Shown here: positions 52,012 to 63,837 of the stretch, one piece after another
Layout of the letters: every line of letters begins with the position of its first letter
Numbering within the stretch: position 1 is the first letter of the stretch
Assembly (NCBI RefSeq): GCF_006345805.1
Contig: NC_043001.1
Location: 102,114,001 to 102,178,000 of the forward strand
Source: Octopus sinensis
Taxonomy: Eukaryota
Direction: 5' to 3'
DNA: 64,000 bases
Program-made: the position numbers and the translations under genes
The notes under the pieces: model-generated
Databases searched by the model: none
The model's input: only the letters and a program-made list of their open reading frames with translations
What the model was told of the DNA's origin: nothing

Positions 52012-52168
52012 CATTATTTACATTTGACGGATATTTGTCCTCATCTTGTTTGTTGTTAACACAATGTTTCGGCTGATATATCCTCCAGCCTTCATCAGGT
52101 GTCTTGGGGAAATTTTGAACCTGGGTTCTCATTCCTAAGGTATTTTTCAATGTTATTATTATTATTAT
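52012..52168 (-). mobile_element. Family H element tail (HHR-like motif 52058-52103); head side resumes at 52640-52679
   Basis: Reverse complement AAGACAC-CTGATGA-AGGCTG-gaggatatat-CAGCC-GAAAC-ATT-GTGTT. Confidence 0.8.
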
Positions 52169-52169
52169 C

Positions 52170-52640
52170 TTATGTTTGACTTTTGCTTTACATTTGTACA
52201 AGCTGGTTCCAAGTCTCACCCAGAGACCTCAAGAGACAAGTTGGAAGTTCATGTTGGTATTATGCCTAGGGTGCCATATTTTTAGTTTTGTACATAGTGT
52301 TCTGGAGAATGTTTAAAAAACTATTAGAAAATTATGTTTGTTTTAAAACTTGAGATTACATAGTAAGTATTTTGCGTAGGATATGGGCAGTTCCCATGAG
52401 TACTATCTTTTGAATTTCTGCCATTTTGGGGTTTCCTGGTATCTGAGCTATGTAGCAATCAGCCCCTTTTGCTCTCATTCCTAGGGCACCTGTGACAGCA
52501 GGTATTGTTTTAGTCTTCTGGTTCCACATTTTGCTAATTTCTATTTCAAGATCTTTATATTTGCTCAGTTTTTGGTAGGTCTTGACAGATACGTTTATAT
52601 CGATTGGGACAGTCATATCAATGAGGAGGCATGATTTTTA
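52170..52640 (-). mobile_element. R4/Dong-type non-LTR retrotransposon 3' fragment (restriction-like endonuclease C-terminus + 3' UTR)
   Basis: KSCLLIDMTVP...KLSKYKDLEIEISKMW..KTIPAVTGALG...IQKIVLMGTAHILRK, the RLE (D..K.KY..L / GALG / GTAHILR) signature; flanked by (AAT)n on both sides. Confidence 0.88.
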
Positions 52641-53904
52641 TTATAATTATTATTATTATAATTATTATTCAGGTCACTGGTTATTTCTATGGACGAGGTT
52701 ACCATTTCCTAAAGAGGAATTGTTATAAATTGTAAGCAGTAACAACACTGTGGAATGGATGAGTAGTTTTGTTGGTTTGCAGAGTTAAGTTCAATTCTTC
52801 TCTGCAAAAACAGCTAATCAGATCAGTTGTCCTGTCTGGCAGAAGATATTAGCCTTGTCTGCTTCATGCCACAGAAACCAGAATTGAAGCACTTGGTCAA
52901 AGGAAACATGAACTTCCACAAGAGGAAACAGTAAGGAGAAATATATGAAGCTTTTGGATTTATACTCATGACTTACTGGCCATAATCCAGTTCAAGGAAA
53001 TTTCCATGACCATCAGTTTGTACACACTGAAGTTCAGCTTGCCTGGGGCACTCGACACCCTAGGGCTGGCCATGGGGGTCATCTATTAGATCTTGGATCA
53101 AATGCATTCCAGCTATGACCATACTGCCTTTTATTCAAACATGGAGTGTTTATCCAATTCTGTTATCCAATTTCTTCTTCCTTTGAAGAAGATTTGGTTG
53201 CTATCTCTAGCATGTTAAAACACCATATCAAGCCTGTTTATTGATGTTCTGTATAGTAATAGTTATTGTGTAGGTCCAGTCCAGCCCTGAAAAAGTGAAC
53301 ATGTGGTCAAAGATTTCAATGGAAGTCAACCTTTTCTTTTTCTCAGGTGTTTTGAGAATTGCATTACCTAAGGTGTCCATTTTTTAAAGATAGTAAAGTG
53401 TGATTGAGGGAGATTTGGCTGCTATTCCTTGCAAGTTGAACATTGTGTGCAGAGTCTCCATTGTTGAATCACATTTTCATTGTTCCCTTGATTCATTTAA
53501 CTGGTGACAGTGACTTCGCAGTAATGTATGATTTCAAGAAATATGACTGTCATAATAATCTTTTTTAGTTTAAGTGACATGTTCTGATTTAAACATTTTG
53601 AAGAAAAAGCAAGTCTTCCCTTGAAGATGATAAAATTCCTTGTCACAATAGAACCATCAAGAAAGCAACACAATAAAAACCCAGTGGGACATGCAAGCAC
53701 CTCATCAATTTTGCTTGAGTCAGGGTGTGATGTGGCAGCTGAAAAACCAGAGATAAAACCAGAATCTCTCAAAAGACAAAATACTTCAAGAAATTTATTG
53801 AAGCTAGGACTTGTGTAGAATATGTATTATGCAAAGAGGAGGTTTCATTATATTAAATCTTATAATAAACAACATTTTATGATTTTCATTTAATAGCAAT
53901 AAAT

Positions 53905-54240
53905 TTAGTGGCACATAAAAAGCACCATCCAAAGAATGGTTGAAGCCAGCCCCATCCCTGCCCCGGCTGGTTCCTGTGCCAGTGGCATGTAAAAAGCACC
54001 ATCCAATTGTGGCCTATGCCAGTGCTGCATGACTGGCTCCCATACCGGTGACACATAAAAAGCACCTGCTACACTCTTGGAGTGGTTGGCATTAGGACGG
54101 GCATCCAGCTGTAGAAACATTGCCAGATCAGATTGGAGCCTGGTGCAGTTTACTGGCTTGCCGTCCCTCAGTCAAACCATCCAACCTGTGCCAGTCTGGA
54201 AAATGGATGTTAGACGATGATGATGCTGATGATGACATCG
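53905..54240 (+). mobile_element. RTE 3' end fragment
   Basis: 3' UTR units and (GAT)n tail. Confidence 0.85.
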
Positions 54241-54862
54241 GCGTGCTTCGATTTTCATGTCTGCATTTGTGGCTGTGTGGAAGAAACCAAAATTGCTGCC
54301 TCATTAGATACCAAAAATGGAATTGACTTAGCATCGTTGGCCTTTGCTCTCCTTAAATGGTATGTTTGGAAACAAACAAACATCTCATTACACTCCAGAA
54401 TCCACATTTATCAATAATCCGTATCACTTATACTGGGCTGTGAGAGCAAATAATGGACATCATTTCAGAGCAATTTGGTTGTGTTGTAAGTTGTTCAAAT
54501 AGAACAGCCATCTAGAATCCATGCTTCTTCCAAGATTAACCATCTGTGAAATGATCGGATTTGTTGAAGTTGCTGTTGACAGGCAGCCATTTCTGAATTC
54601 ATTCAGAAACAGCAGTTATATTCCGTATGATCAAGTGAATCAAACTGACCCTTCCATGTTGCTATAGCGACTACACAAACAAGTCTGCTGCCTTAAGAAT
54701 GTCAAATAAAAGAAGGCCGGCAATGATCAAAACGGAAATGTGTGGCACCAAAATTAATTTTACTCTCACGTGTTCTGGTTTCCATCTGACTGCAAAGCAT
54801 TTTGGATGTGAATGTCTTCTGTTGCAGCATTTAGTTGATCGAAATTGCAGAAATTGCAGAAA

Positions 54863-55093
54863 GGTGGCGAGCTGAGAGAAACGTTAGCACGCCGGGCGAT
54901 ATGCTTAGTGGTATTTCATCTGCTGCTATGTTGTGAGTTCAAATTCTGCCATGGTCGACTTTGCCTTTCATCCTTTCAGGGTCGATTAAATAAGTACCAG
55001 TTACGCACTGGGGTCGATATAATCGACTTAATCCGTTTGTTTGTCCTTGTTTGTTCTCTCTGTGTTTAGCCCCTTGTGGGCAATAAAGAAATA
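54863..55093 (+). mobile_element. SINE family B
   Basis: Homology to 3452-3681. Confidence 0.88.
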
Positions 55094-55506
55094 AGGAATT
55101 GCAGAAAGCCATCGTGTGTGTTTGTGTGTATGTCAGAGAGAGAGAGAGATGTCCGTAATGCCCCATAACTTGGTTTGACAAACAGCAAATAGAGAAGACA
55201 CAATAAGACTGCATGGTGTTGAAGCATGGCCACAGTCCAATGACCGAAAGCAGTAAATAAACTTGTGGGTGGGGGTACTATTTCACATTGATATTTTTTG
55301 AGGTCCTGGGGTGAGTTTTTACATTTGGTAGAGGAATTGGCTTTTATAGTTGTGTGTCTTACCTGTCACTAATCCCTAGCCAATTTTGTTACTTTTGTTC
55401 AGTTAAAATGAAGTGAGTTGCTTTTACCCAGGGACTCAAAACTGTTGCAGAAGTAGGGTCCTGATTTGCAGCTAACATCAGTTTGCTAATATCAAAACTT
55501 GTGGCA

Positions 55507-55720
55507 GGTGGCAAGCTGGCAGAAATGTTAGCAAGCCGGCAAAATGCTTAACAGAATTTTGTCTTTATGTTCTGAGTTCAAATTCCGCCAAGGTCGACTT
55601 TGTCCTTCATCCTTTCGGAGTTGATAAATTAAGTACCAGTTGCATACTGGGGCAAGTCTAATCAACTAGTACCCTCTCCAAAAATTTTGGGTCTTGTGCC
55701 TAGTGTAGAAAAAAATAAAT
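55507..55720 (+). mobile_element. SINE family B-related copy
   Basis: GGTGGCAAGCTGGCAGAAATGTTAGC..GAGTTCAAATTCCGCC. Confidence 0.8.
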
Positions 55721-55751
55721 AAAAGAATATCAAAAGTTGTGGTGGTGCATA

Positions 55752-56128
55752 GGCATAGCAGTGGTTGTGTGGTAAGTAGCTTGCTTACCAACCACATGGT
55801 TCGGGTTCAGTCCCACTGTGTGGCACCTTGGGCAATTGTCTTCTACTATAGCCTCAGGCCAACCAAAGCCTTGTGAATGGATTTGGTAGACGGAAACTGA
55901 AAGAAGCCCGTCGTATATATGTATATATATATGTATGTGCGTGTATATGTTTGTGTATGTGTTTGTCCCTCCCAACATCGCTTCACAACCGATGCTGTGT
56001 GTTTACGTCCCCGTCACTTATCGGTTCGGTAAAAGAGGCCGATTGATTAAGTACTAGGCTTACAAAGAATAAGTTCTGGGGTTGATTTGCTCGACTAAAG
56101 GTGGCATTCCAGCATGGCCACAGAGTAA
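55752..56128 (+). mobile_element. SINE family A
   Basis: Homology to family A. Confidence 0.88.
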
Positions 56129-56134
56129 AGAGAT

Positions 56135-56320
56135 GTGTAGCTTTGGTAGTGAGAATACTTGATTCATGTCTGTAAGATTTTGTGGTTTCAGTTGCTGAAC
56201 CGGTTGGTGCATTGTGGTCTTGAGCAAGGCACTTTATTTCACATTGCTCCAGTCTGCTCAGCTATTAAAAATGAGTAATCCTCTGATGAACTGGCGTCCC
56301 ATCCAGGGAGGAGAATATAA
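56135..56320 (+). mobile_element. Older SINE remnant with a conserved central domain (CORE/Meta-like)
   Basis: TTGAGCAAGGCACTTTATTTCACATTGCTCCAGTC..CTCAGCT..AAAATGAGTA..GGCGTCCCATCCAGGG. Confidence 0.55.
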
Positions 56321-56329
56321 ACATACACA

Positions 56330-57060
56330 TGTGTAGGCTTGCAAGGAATGAAGCCAGTCTGCTCCACTGGATGTGTAATGTCAGTGTGCACATGCGACAG
56401 AGTGTAAGTGCCTTGAGAGAAATGTTGGACATAACAAGCATCAAATGTGACTGTGCTGGTATGGTCATGTGTTGCGTATGGATGAGGACAGCTGTGTGAA
56501 AATGTGTCACACCCTATCAGTAGAGGGAACCTGTGGAAGAGGTAGATCCAGGAATACCTGGGATGAAGTGGTGAAGCACAACCTTCGAACATTTGGTCTC
56601 ACAGAGGAGAAGACAAGTAACCGAGACTTTTGGAGGTATGCTTAAGACCTGGCAAGCCAAGTGAGACCATAACCATGGCCTATGCCAGTGCAGCATAACC
56701 AGCCCATTTAAGAGTAGCCTTCAATCATTGGACAATAAACTGTGCTTGTGAAGACCAGTTGAGGCAAGTGAAATCATTGTTGTGGTCGATGGGAGTACCA
56801 CCTGACTGGCTTCTGTGCCGGTGGCACGTAAAAAGCACCAACTGATCGTGGCCATTGCCAGCCTCCCCTGGCATCTGTGCTGGTGGCATGTAAAAAGCAC
56901 CCACTACACTCTCAGAGTGGTTGGCGTTAGGAAGGGCATCCAGCTGTAGAAACAGTGCTAGATGAGATTGGAGCCTGGTACAGCCTCCTGGCTTGCTAGC
57001 CCTCAGTCAAACCATCCAACCCATGCGAGCATGGAAAGCGAACATTAGACGATGATGATG
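56330..57060 (+). mobile_element. RTE LINE 3' end
   Basis: RNEASLLHWMCNVSV..VEGTCGRGRSR; 3' UTR units; GACGATGATGATG tail. Confidence 0.9.
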
Positions 57061-57106
57061 TGTATTATCAATCAATTGTATATCTGAAATAGAAGCACAT
57101 GGCCAT

Positions 57107-57170
57107 TAGAGTCTGATGAGTCATCTGTAAGGCTAAGTGCTTCATGGATGTGAAACCATTGGTTAGTCTA
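57107..57170 (+). ncRNA. Candidate type I hammerhead ribozyme
   Basis: Stem I TAGAGT / AGTCTA (5 of 6 pairs); core CTGATGA 57113-57119; stem II G-t-CATCT / GGATG-T; GAAA; stem III ACC-att-GGT; cleavage triplet GTT. Confidence 0.6.
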
Positions 57171-57355
57171 TAACTGCCTATAAATATATATATATAGGTC
57201 AGACAAGCCGGTTGTGTGTTCCTTACAGAGTTATGTAGACTGACCAGTGTGAAAACTTACAAGGCCATAACAGTTGTAATATGAGGACATTGAACCAATA
57301 ACAATGATGATGTCAGAACTTAAGACTGGGTAAACAGTATTTCCATTTCCCACAG

Positions 57356-57452
57356 GAAAATTGATTTCTGACATCAGCACAGAACCCCAAATTTCAGGAA
57401 GGATTATTGGAGAGATATTAGAAGTGTGGGGTGTGAATTGTTTCGACATACC
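57356..57452 (+). CDS. Possible coding exon (GKLISDISTEPQISGRIIGEILEVWGVNCFDIP), product unknown
   Basis: Acceptor tttccatttcccacag|G, donor CC|gtaagt, open in phase 1 to 2; no homology recognised. Confidence 0.35.
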
Positions 57453-58051
57453 GTAAGTCTGGATGAATATTTTGAAAGATGTATTTATTTATGTATGTAT
57501 ATCGACAGGGGATGCAGGGGTGGGGAGAGGTGCTTGAAGATGCTTACCAACACTCCAGGGCTATTTTTCTTGAAATTTCCAGTTTTGATCAATTTAGTCA
57601 AAGTTATTCATAATTTGGTTTGCTTGTTTCTGTCTTTAATCTAATAATCATATGTGTAGTAACATTTGCTTTTAATTTTCTGTCCACTTGCAGACTTCTT
57701 TAACAAACTCATTACTACTATCTCTTTTTTTTTTTTTTTCTGTTTTCGACATTTTCCTAAAAATATCAGAATACACAGATACACAAAACAGTTACAAATA
57801 TACTCAGCCATTTTCAAGATAACCAAAAATAAGATGATTTTGAATGAAGAGAATTCAATAATCATTCTGTTCAAATGAAAAAAACAAAACAAAAAAAAAA
57901 GATACATTTGTTGTGTTTGCTGTTGTTGATTAACTTCAGTCAGATCTGCTCAAGCAGACCCACAACATGAGGAGGAGGAGGGGTGGGAGGAGTTGAGGAA
58001 ATTCTTGGAAGTAAATTAGTTTCAAAATGCAGAAACTATTTCATATTTCAG

Positions 58052-58145
58052 TTTGTCTGAGGCCACATTCTATGATATAGCAGCAGACATAGTTAGCTTA
58101 CAGTATTTGGGCCATAGAAGACTTCTTTATAGTACCAAAGATGTG
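58052..58145 (+). CDS. Possible coding exon (LSEATFYDIAADIVSLQYLGHRRLLYSTKDV)
   Basis: Acceptor tatttcatatttcag|, phase-compatible with 57356-57452; donor gtacca is weak. Confidence 0.25.
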
Positions 58146-58154
58146 GTACCAAAG

Positions 58155-58205
58155 CATCTCTCTTTCGCTCTCTCTCTCTCTCTCTCACTCCATCTCTCTC
58201 TTTTG

Positions 58206-58242
<37 letters not shown>

Positions 58243-58285
58243 TTCTCTCTCTCTATCTTTCTCTCTCTCACTTTCTCACTCACTC

Positions 58286-58320
<35 letters not shown>

Positions 58321-58326
58321 TTCTCA

Positions 58327-58369
<43 letters not shown>

Positions 58370-58370
58370 C
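58155..58370. repeat. (CT)n microsatellite
   Basis: Direct inspection. Confidence 0.95.
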
Positions 58371-58431
58371 TGGATGAATGAAGGAAAGCACTGCATGAAC
58401 TTTTGTATTGTTGCCCTTGTTGTTCTTGCAG

Positions 58432-58500
58432 ATGTTTAGCCCAGGTCAGACCTATATGCAGTTCATTCCAGCTCCACCTTGTAGTGGTTTGATCTGTTGA
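58432..58500 (+). CDS. Possible terminal exon (MFSPGQTYMQFIPAPPCSGLIC*)
   Basis: Strong acceptor ttgcccttgttgttcttgcag|, phase 0 compatible with the preceding candidate, TGA at 58498-58500. Confidence 0.2.
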   Translation: MFSPGQTYMQFIPAPPCSGLIC

Positions 58501-58776
58501 TTCGTATCTCATAAGGCCCTCTATGAGAGAGAAAAAGAATGGGTTGCTTCTGTCTGGTAGTTTTTCTGTCTAATGTGATAGTCAGCACATCTGCTGTCGT
58601 CTGGTTTGTTTGGTGTTGAGAAGTTTAGGCAGGGAATCTGCAATGGAGACATGGAAAACAGCAACGGTTTGTGAGGGGAGAACATTTGAGCTTGAAGGGT
58701 TTGTAATAACAAGCTGATACTTAAGCACAGATTTGTTGTGCATTGAAAAATATATTATTTATAATAATTAAACATA

Positions 58777-59189
58777 GGCGCAGGAGTGGCTGTGTGGTAA
58801 GTAGCTTGCTAACCAACCACATGGTTCCGGGTTCAGTCCTACTGCGTGGCATCTTGGGCAAGTGTCTTCTGCTATAGCCCTGGGCCGACCAATGCCTTGT
58901 GAGTGGATTTGGTAGACGGAAACTGAAAGAAGCCTGTCGTATATATGTATATATATATATGTATATGTATGTGTGTGTTTGTGTGTCTGTGTTTGTCCCC
59001 CTAGCATTGCTTGACAACTGATGCTGGTGTGTTTACGTCCCCGTCACTTAGCGGTTCGGCAAAAGAGACCGATAGAATAAGTACTGGGCTTACAAAGAAT
59101 AAGTCCCGGTGTCAAGTTGCTCAACTAAAGGCGGTGCTCCAGCATGGCCGCAGTCAAATGACTGAAACAAGTAAAAGAGTAAAAGAGAG
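58777..59189 (+). mobile_element. SINE family A, full length, little diverged
   Basis: GGCGCAGGAGTGGCTGTGTGG...GAAACAAGTAAAAGAGTAAAAGAG. Confidence 0.92.
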
Positions 59190-60701
59190 AAACACACAAA
59201 CAGTTATTATTATTTCTTTATCTTCTTGTGAATATGAAAATGATGCCCGTTTACTATAGTTGTATGAAAATAACAAAAGATGAGAATTTGTTGCCCTCAA
59301 AACACACACACACACACACACTTTGCGTGTGTGTGTGTGTGTTTCATCAGAACTCTTAAATAGTTTCTGCCAAAAGATTTAAGATCAGGTTAGCAAGATT
59401 TCATTTTTTGCCCCCTTATTGAATGCAACTGTTCCTGGATCACGTGACAATGAAAGAAACTACAAAAGGTTCTTTAAGAATCAAAATGATGAGAAAAAAA
59501 TGGATTTGGTGGGTAAATGCAGACTCTGGTGGGTCTCTAACCAAACTTTTGTGGTGTTTGATTCCATTTCTTTGCTTATTGAGTTCTACTGCTGCCCACA
59601 TCTGCTATAACTTTCATCATCCCTTGATTGGTGAAAGAAGTATAATTAATTATAATTAGTACAGTTGATTAATTAGTGACTGAATAAACTCTTCAAGACT
59701 AAAACCAGTAAAAACAATACATAGATGTAATTATTTGGAAGAGAGCAAATTGTTGTCATTTAATATCTGAGAGGTCCTTGAATTTGAGATTTTTGTTTGG
59801 GTTGTGCAGTTGGATATCTTCTCACCTGTATTTCACTCTGTCTCTTGCCAAAGCAGTTTTCGACAGTTAAATCTTCTGGGACACTACCTTTTTGAGGGTT
59901 CAGTCAACTGGTTTGACCTCAGTCTATTTTTCACCCTGTTACTTCTTTTATTAATATCTCTTTGCCAAAACCTCTAAGAAGATCATTTTTGCTACCTGAG
60001 TGATCTAATTAGCAGCAGAGGAAGTCATACAGAAAGTGTAGTTGCTAGATCAAGAATAGGATGGAGAAAGTTCAGAGAGTTATTACCTCTGTTGGCAACA
60101 AAAGCTCTCTATCTCTATCCCTCCCCCCCCTCTCTCTCTCAACAGTCAGAAGCAACAACATTGCAATTGACAAACATTTAACTTGAAGTTTTGAAGTCAA
60201 TTTCTTGTCAGAGATTAAAGATTACAACTCTTAATGAAACCAAAGCTAATACTAAGTACCACTGGCCTTACACACTCCTGTTATTTGAGAATAATTTGCT
60301 TCAGGTTAATACTTCATTAAGGTGTGTGTGCGTGCACGTGCACTCATGCTGCTGTATGTGTATTTTATGAAAGGGGAAGCGTTATTTTTGATTGTTTATG
60401 ATTTGCTTTTGTTTGTGGTAAAAAGCTTTGACTGTTGAGACAATGGTTCATAAGAGGAACTAATCAAATAATTTCATAGCAAGATGATTTCCTTGACTCG
60501 GTTAAATATTACACCAGTGAGTTAGTGTTTTGATTATTAATATTTACAGTGTAATGTAAAGAGACTTAATAATGTGATAAATATTATAGAAATGACTCGT
60601 GACACACATTGCATCCAATAATGTCACTTCACTGACAACACATAAAACTGAAGTCATTAGCCAAATATAGAGCATAAAAGTGCATATATATATATATATA
60701 C

Positions 60702-60745
<44 letters not shown>

Positions 60746-60756
60746 GTACATATATG

Positions 60757-60779
<23 letters not shown>

Positions 60780-60798
<19 letters not shown>

Positions 60799-61445
60799 AT
60801 TATTATTGGTTGACTTTATGTTAGTTGTTGCAAAGTAGTAAATAAAGGAATTTTTGAATAATTTATGAATGTAATAAGTCTGACGAGACGGCTGACATTT
60901 TTTTTCTCTTGTAATGTCTTATTCTTCATATTTCAAACTAAAAAATCTGTTTTTCTTTTCCCTGCTGTTCTTTTTTTTCATTTTTAATTTTTCATTTGTG
61001 TGTCTGGGTTTTGTGTTTTACTTGCAAACAAGAAAGACTATGGTTGTAGGGAATTCCAGACAACTACCAAAGCAGGACTGGGGTAGAAGCAAAACGCTAC
61101 CCTCTCAGTCTTTGGTGAAGATGACATTATTAAGATGAACATTATAAAATACTTACTCTTAATTTATTAGTTTCTCTTAATTAGGATAATCACCATGACA
61201 TAAACTGTTCCAGTGTTTCCTCTGACCATAGTTGCTGTCATCTCTGACAGAGTAATTTAAGACCAAAAGTATTCCTAGCATGACCGTTCCATCTTTTATT
61301 CAGAGAGAATATATCCAAAACTTCATCACCAATAAGCCCTTCACTTTTTCAAATCAGTGAAATGAAATATGAGAAAGATATAGCTGTTATTTCCAGCTAG
61401 GCTGGCTCATTGTGCCTTGCTGCTGCACACACACACCACACACAC

Positions 61446-61479
<34 letters not shown>

Positions 61480-62130
61480 ATTATTATTGGTTGACTTTAT
61501 GTTAGTTGTTGCAAAGTAGTAAATAAAGGAATTTTTGAATAATTTATGAATGTAATAAGTCTGACGAGACGGCTGACATTTTTTTTCTCTTGTAATGTCT
61601 TATTCTTCATATTTCAAACTAAAAAATCTGCTTTTCTTTTCCCTGCTGTTCTTTTTTTTTCATTTTTAATTTTTCATTTGTGTGTCTGGGTTTTGTGTTT
61701 TACTTGCAAACAAGAAAGACTATGGTTGTAGGGAATTCCAGACAACTACCAAAGCAGGACTGGGGTAGAAGCAAAACGCTACCCTCTCAGTCTTTGGTGA
61801 AGATGACATTATTAAGAATGAACAATTATAAAATACTTACTCTTAATTTATTAGTTTCTCTTAATTAGGATAATCACCATGACATAAACTGTTCCAGTGT
61901 TTCCTCTGACCATAGTTGCTGTCATCTCTGACAGAGTAATTTAAGACCAAAAGTATTCCTAGCATGACCGTTCCATCTTTTATTCAGAGAGAATATATCC
62001 AAAACTTCATCACCAATAAGCCCTTCACTTTTTCAAATCAGTGAAATGAAATATGAGAAAGATATAGCTGTTATTTCCAGCTAGGCTGGCTCATTGTGCC
62101 TTGCTGCTGCACACACACACACACACCACA
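60780..62130. repeat. Tandem duplication, two ~681-684 bp near-identical units bounded by (CA)n(TA)n
   Basis: GGTTGAC at 60808 and 61489; differences seen are one substitution and about three single-base homopolymer indels. Confidence 0.95.
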
Positions 62131-62504
62131 CACACACACACACACATGCACACACACATATAACCATACATAATTAAACACCAAGAGGAAAACCACCAAG
62201 CAGCTTCCTTGTTTGCTGAAAGAAGATGTCATATCTCCAAACCACAGAAAATATGTTCTCATACATAATAGCACAGTGGGTGTAAGCAGTCAAGACTATA
62301 GGTAAAAGTTTAAAAGACTTGTTATTTTTCATGGTTTGAAGGTCTGACATTTTCTTTCAGCAAGCATGGAAACCACTTGGTGGTTTTCCTCTTAATGTAT
62401 AATTACCCATGGTTATACACAAATATATATATATATATATATATTAATAAATAAAACATATGCATATATATAAACATATATGTACGTACCTACCTCTACA
62501 TGTA

Positions 62505-62690
62505 CATATATGAGTACAGGACACCAAAAAGACGTCGAACACAATGAGAAACGAAAACATAGACACAAACCCAAGGAATTGGACATTTTTTTAAACAACA
62601 AAAAAATAGAGTACAGGACAATTAACACAAAGAAAAAACCCCTTCTTCAGTCGCTATGGTTTCATCTACTCTACGTTTCGAAGGTGATAT
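62505..62690 (-). mobile_element. Probable PLE-type terminal repeat fragment
   Basis: Minus strand CGAAACGTAGAG...CTGAAGAAGGG; the family assignment is inferred. Confidence 0.4.
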
Positions 62691-63837
62691 ATATATATAT
62701 AAATATATAAATAATTTACAGTCTACGGACAATTTTTTTACGCATGCTGGTCACTTGTATAAATTATTATTTTTGATAATCTTTACCCTTAAAATATATA
62801 TATATATCATTCGAGCTTGATTGTTGCCAGGGTCGCTGACTGGCTCCTGTGCCGATGGCACATAAAAAGCACCATTTGAGAAATTGATTGAAACTGTAAC
62901 AATGTTTTTTTAATGTATGCCAACAGGGAGGGCAGTTGTTCAATGAGGAGGATGGTTCTTTGTGTATACACGAGATTCATTTTTTATTAGTTTCTCCTAT
63001 AAGAGAGGAAAGGTCAGGCCCAAAGATATTGGCACTCTTCACTCTTCCGACTGGGAGATAATGTCCAGCTTGTGACACTTGCACATCTACGTCTGTAGAA
63101 AAGATGCAAGCAGGAAATGAACCAGAATTTTGGCCTGAATAATTGCAACAAAGTGAATTCCACTAAAAAAAATCCCCAACAACTAAAAGTTATTGTTAAA
63201 ACCGTGTATGATGCCTTCCATAGAATGTGTGTGTGTGTGTCTTTGAGAGAGCAATATGTCTTTCCACTCAGTTTCTCACAGATTTCCATAATTTTCTTCT
63301 CTGTTAAGTTCATATATGTCATATAAGAATATGAAAAGAGAACAAAGAAAAAACCCCTCAAAGACAAAACATTTCTCCATGAGATGTCAATATTGTTGTT
63401 GTTTTCCTTTGTTGTTTGTGTCTGTTTGTCTTTTCTATGGTTTCATGATGCCATGGCTGATATAATCATTTCTCCAAATTCTTTCAGACACAAGACCAGA
63501 ATTAGTATTCAGTAATGAAACTAGTTCTGATTCGGTAAATGTAATTATTACTCTTATATAATCACCGTTGTGTTCAAGGAATGGTGCTGGGGTGGGGCTG
63601 GGGATACGTAACATTGTCTGGCACTGTCAAAACAATTATTACATGACTTAAACTAAGTAAGAAGTAATTCTAATTAGAGAACAATGGATTATCATATAAT
63701 CCATACAGATCCATATATAATAGATTCCTATAGATCTATAGATATGAAGATCCATCTTTGTGTTGTTGTAACAACTTCAGACAGTGGCAGATAATGGGAA
63801 AGTATGACCAGGGATGTTGTTTGGTTGAGTCACACCG

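Noticed and set aside
53621-53818. 65-aa hydrophilic ORF resembling a protein C-terminus
   Set aside because: Upstream in-frame stop, and no canonical acceptor gives an open frame; no recognised homology.
60880-60900. CTGACGA core in the duplicated unit
   Set aside because: No stem II or GAAA downstream.
60990-61140. VLLANKKD, resembling a small-GTPase NKxD motif
   Set aside because: In-frame stop 15 codons later, no other G-box motifs and no usable splice sites.
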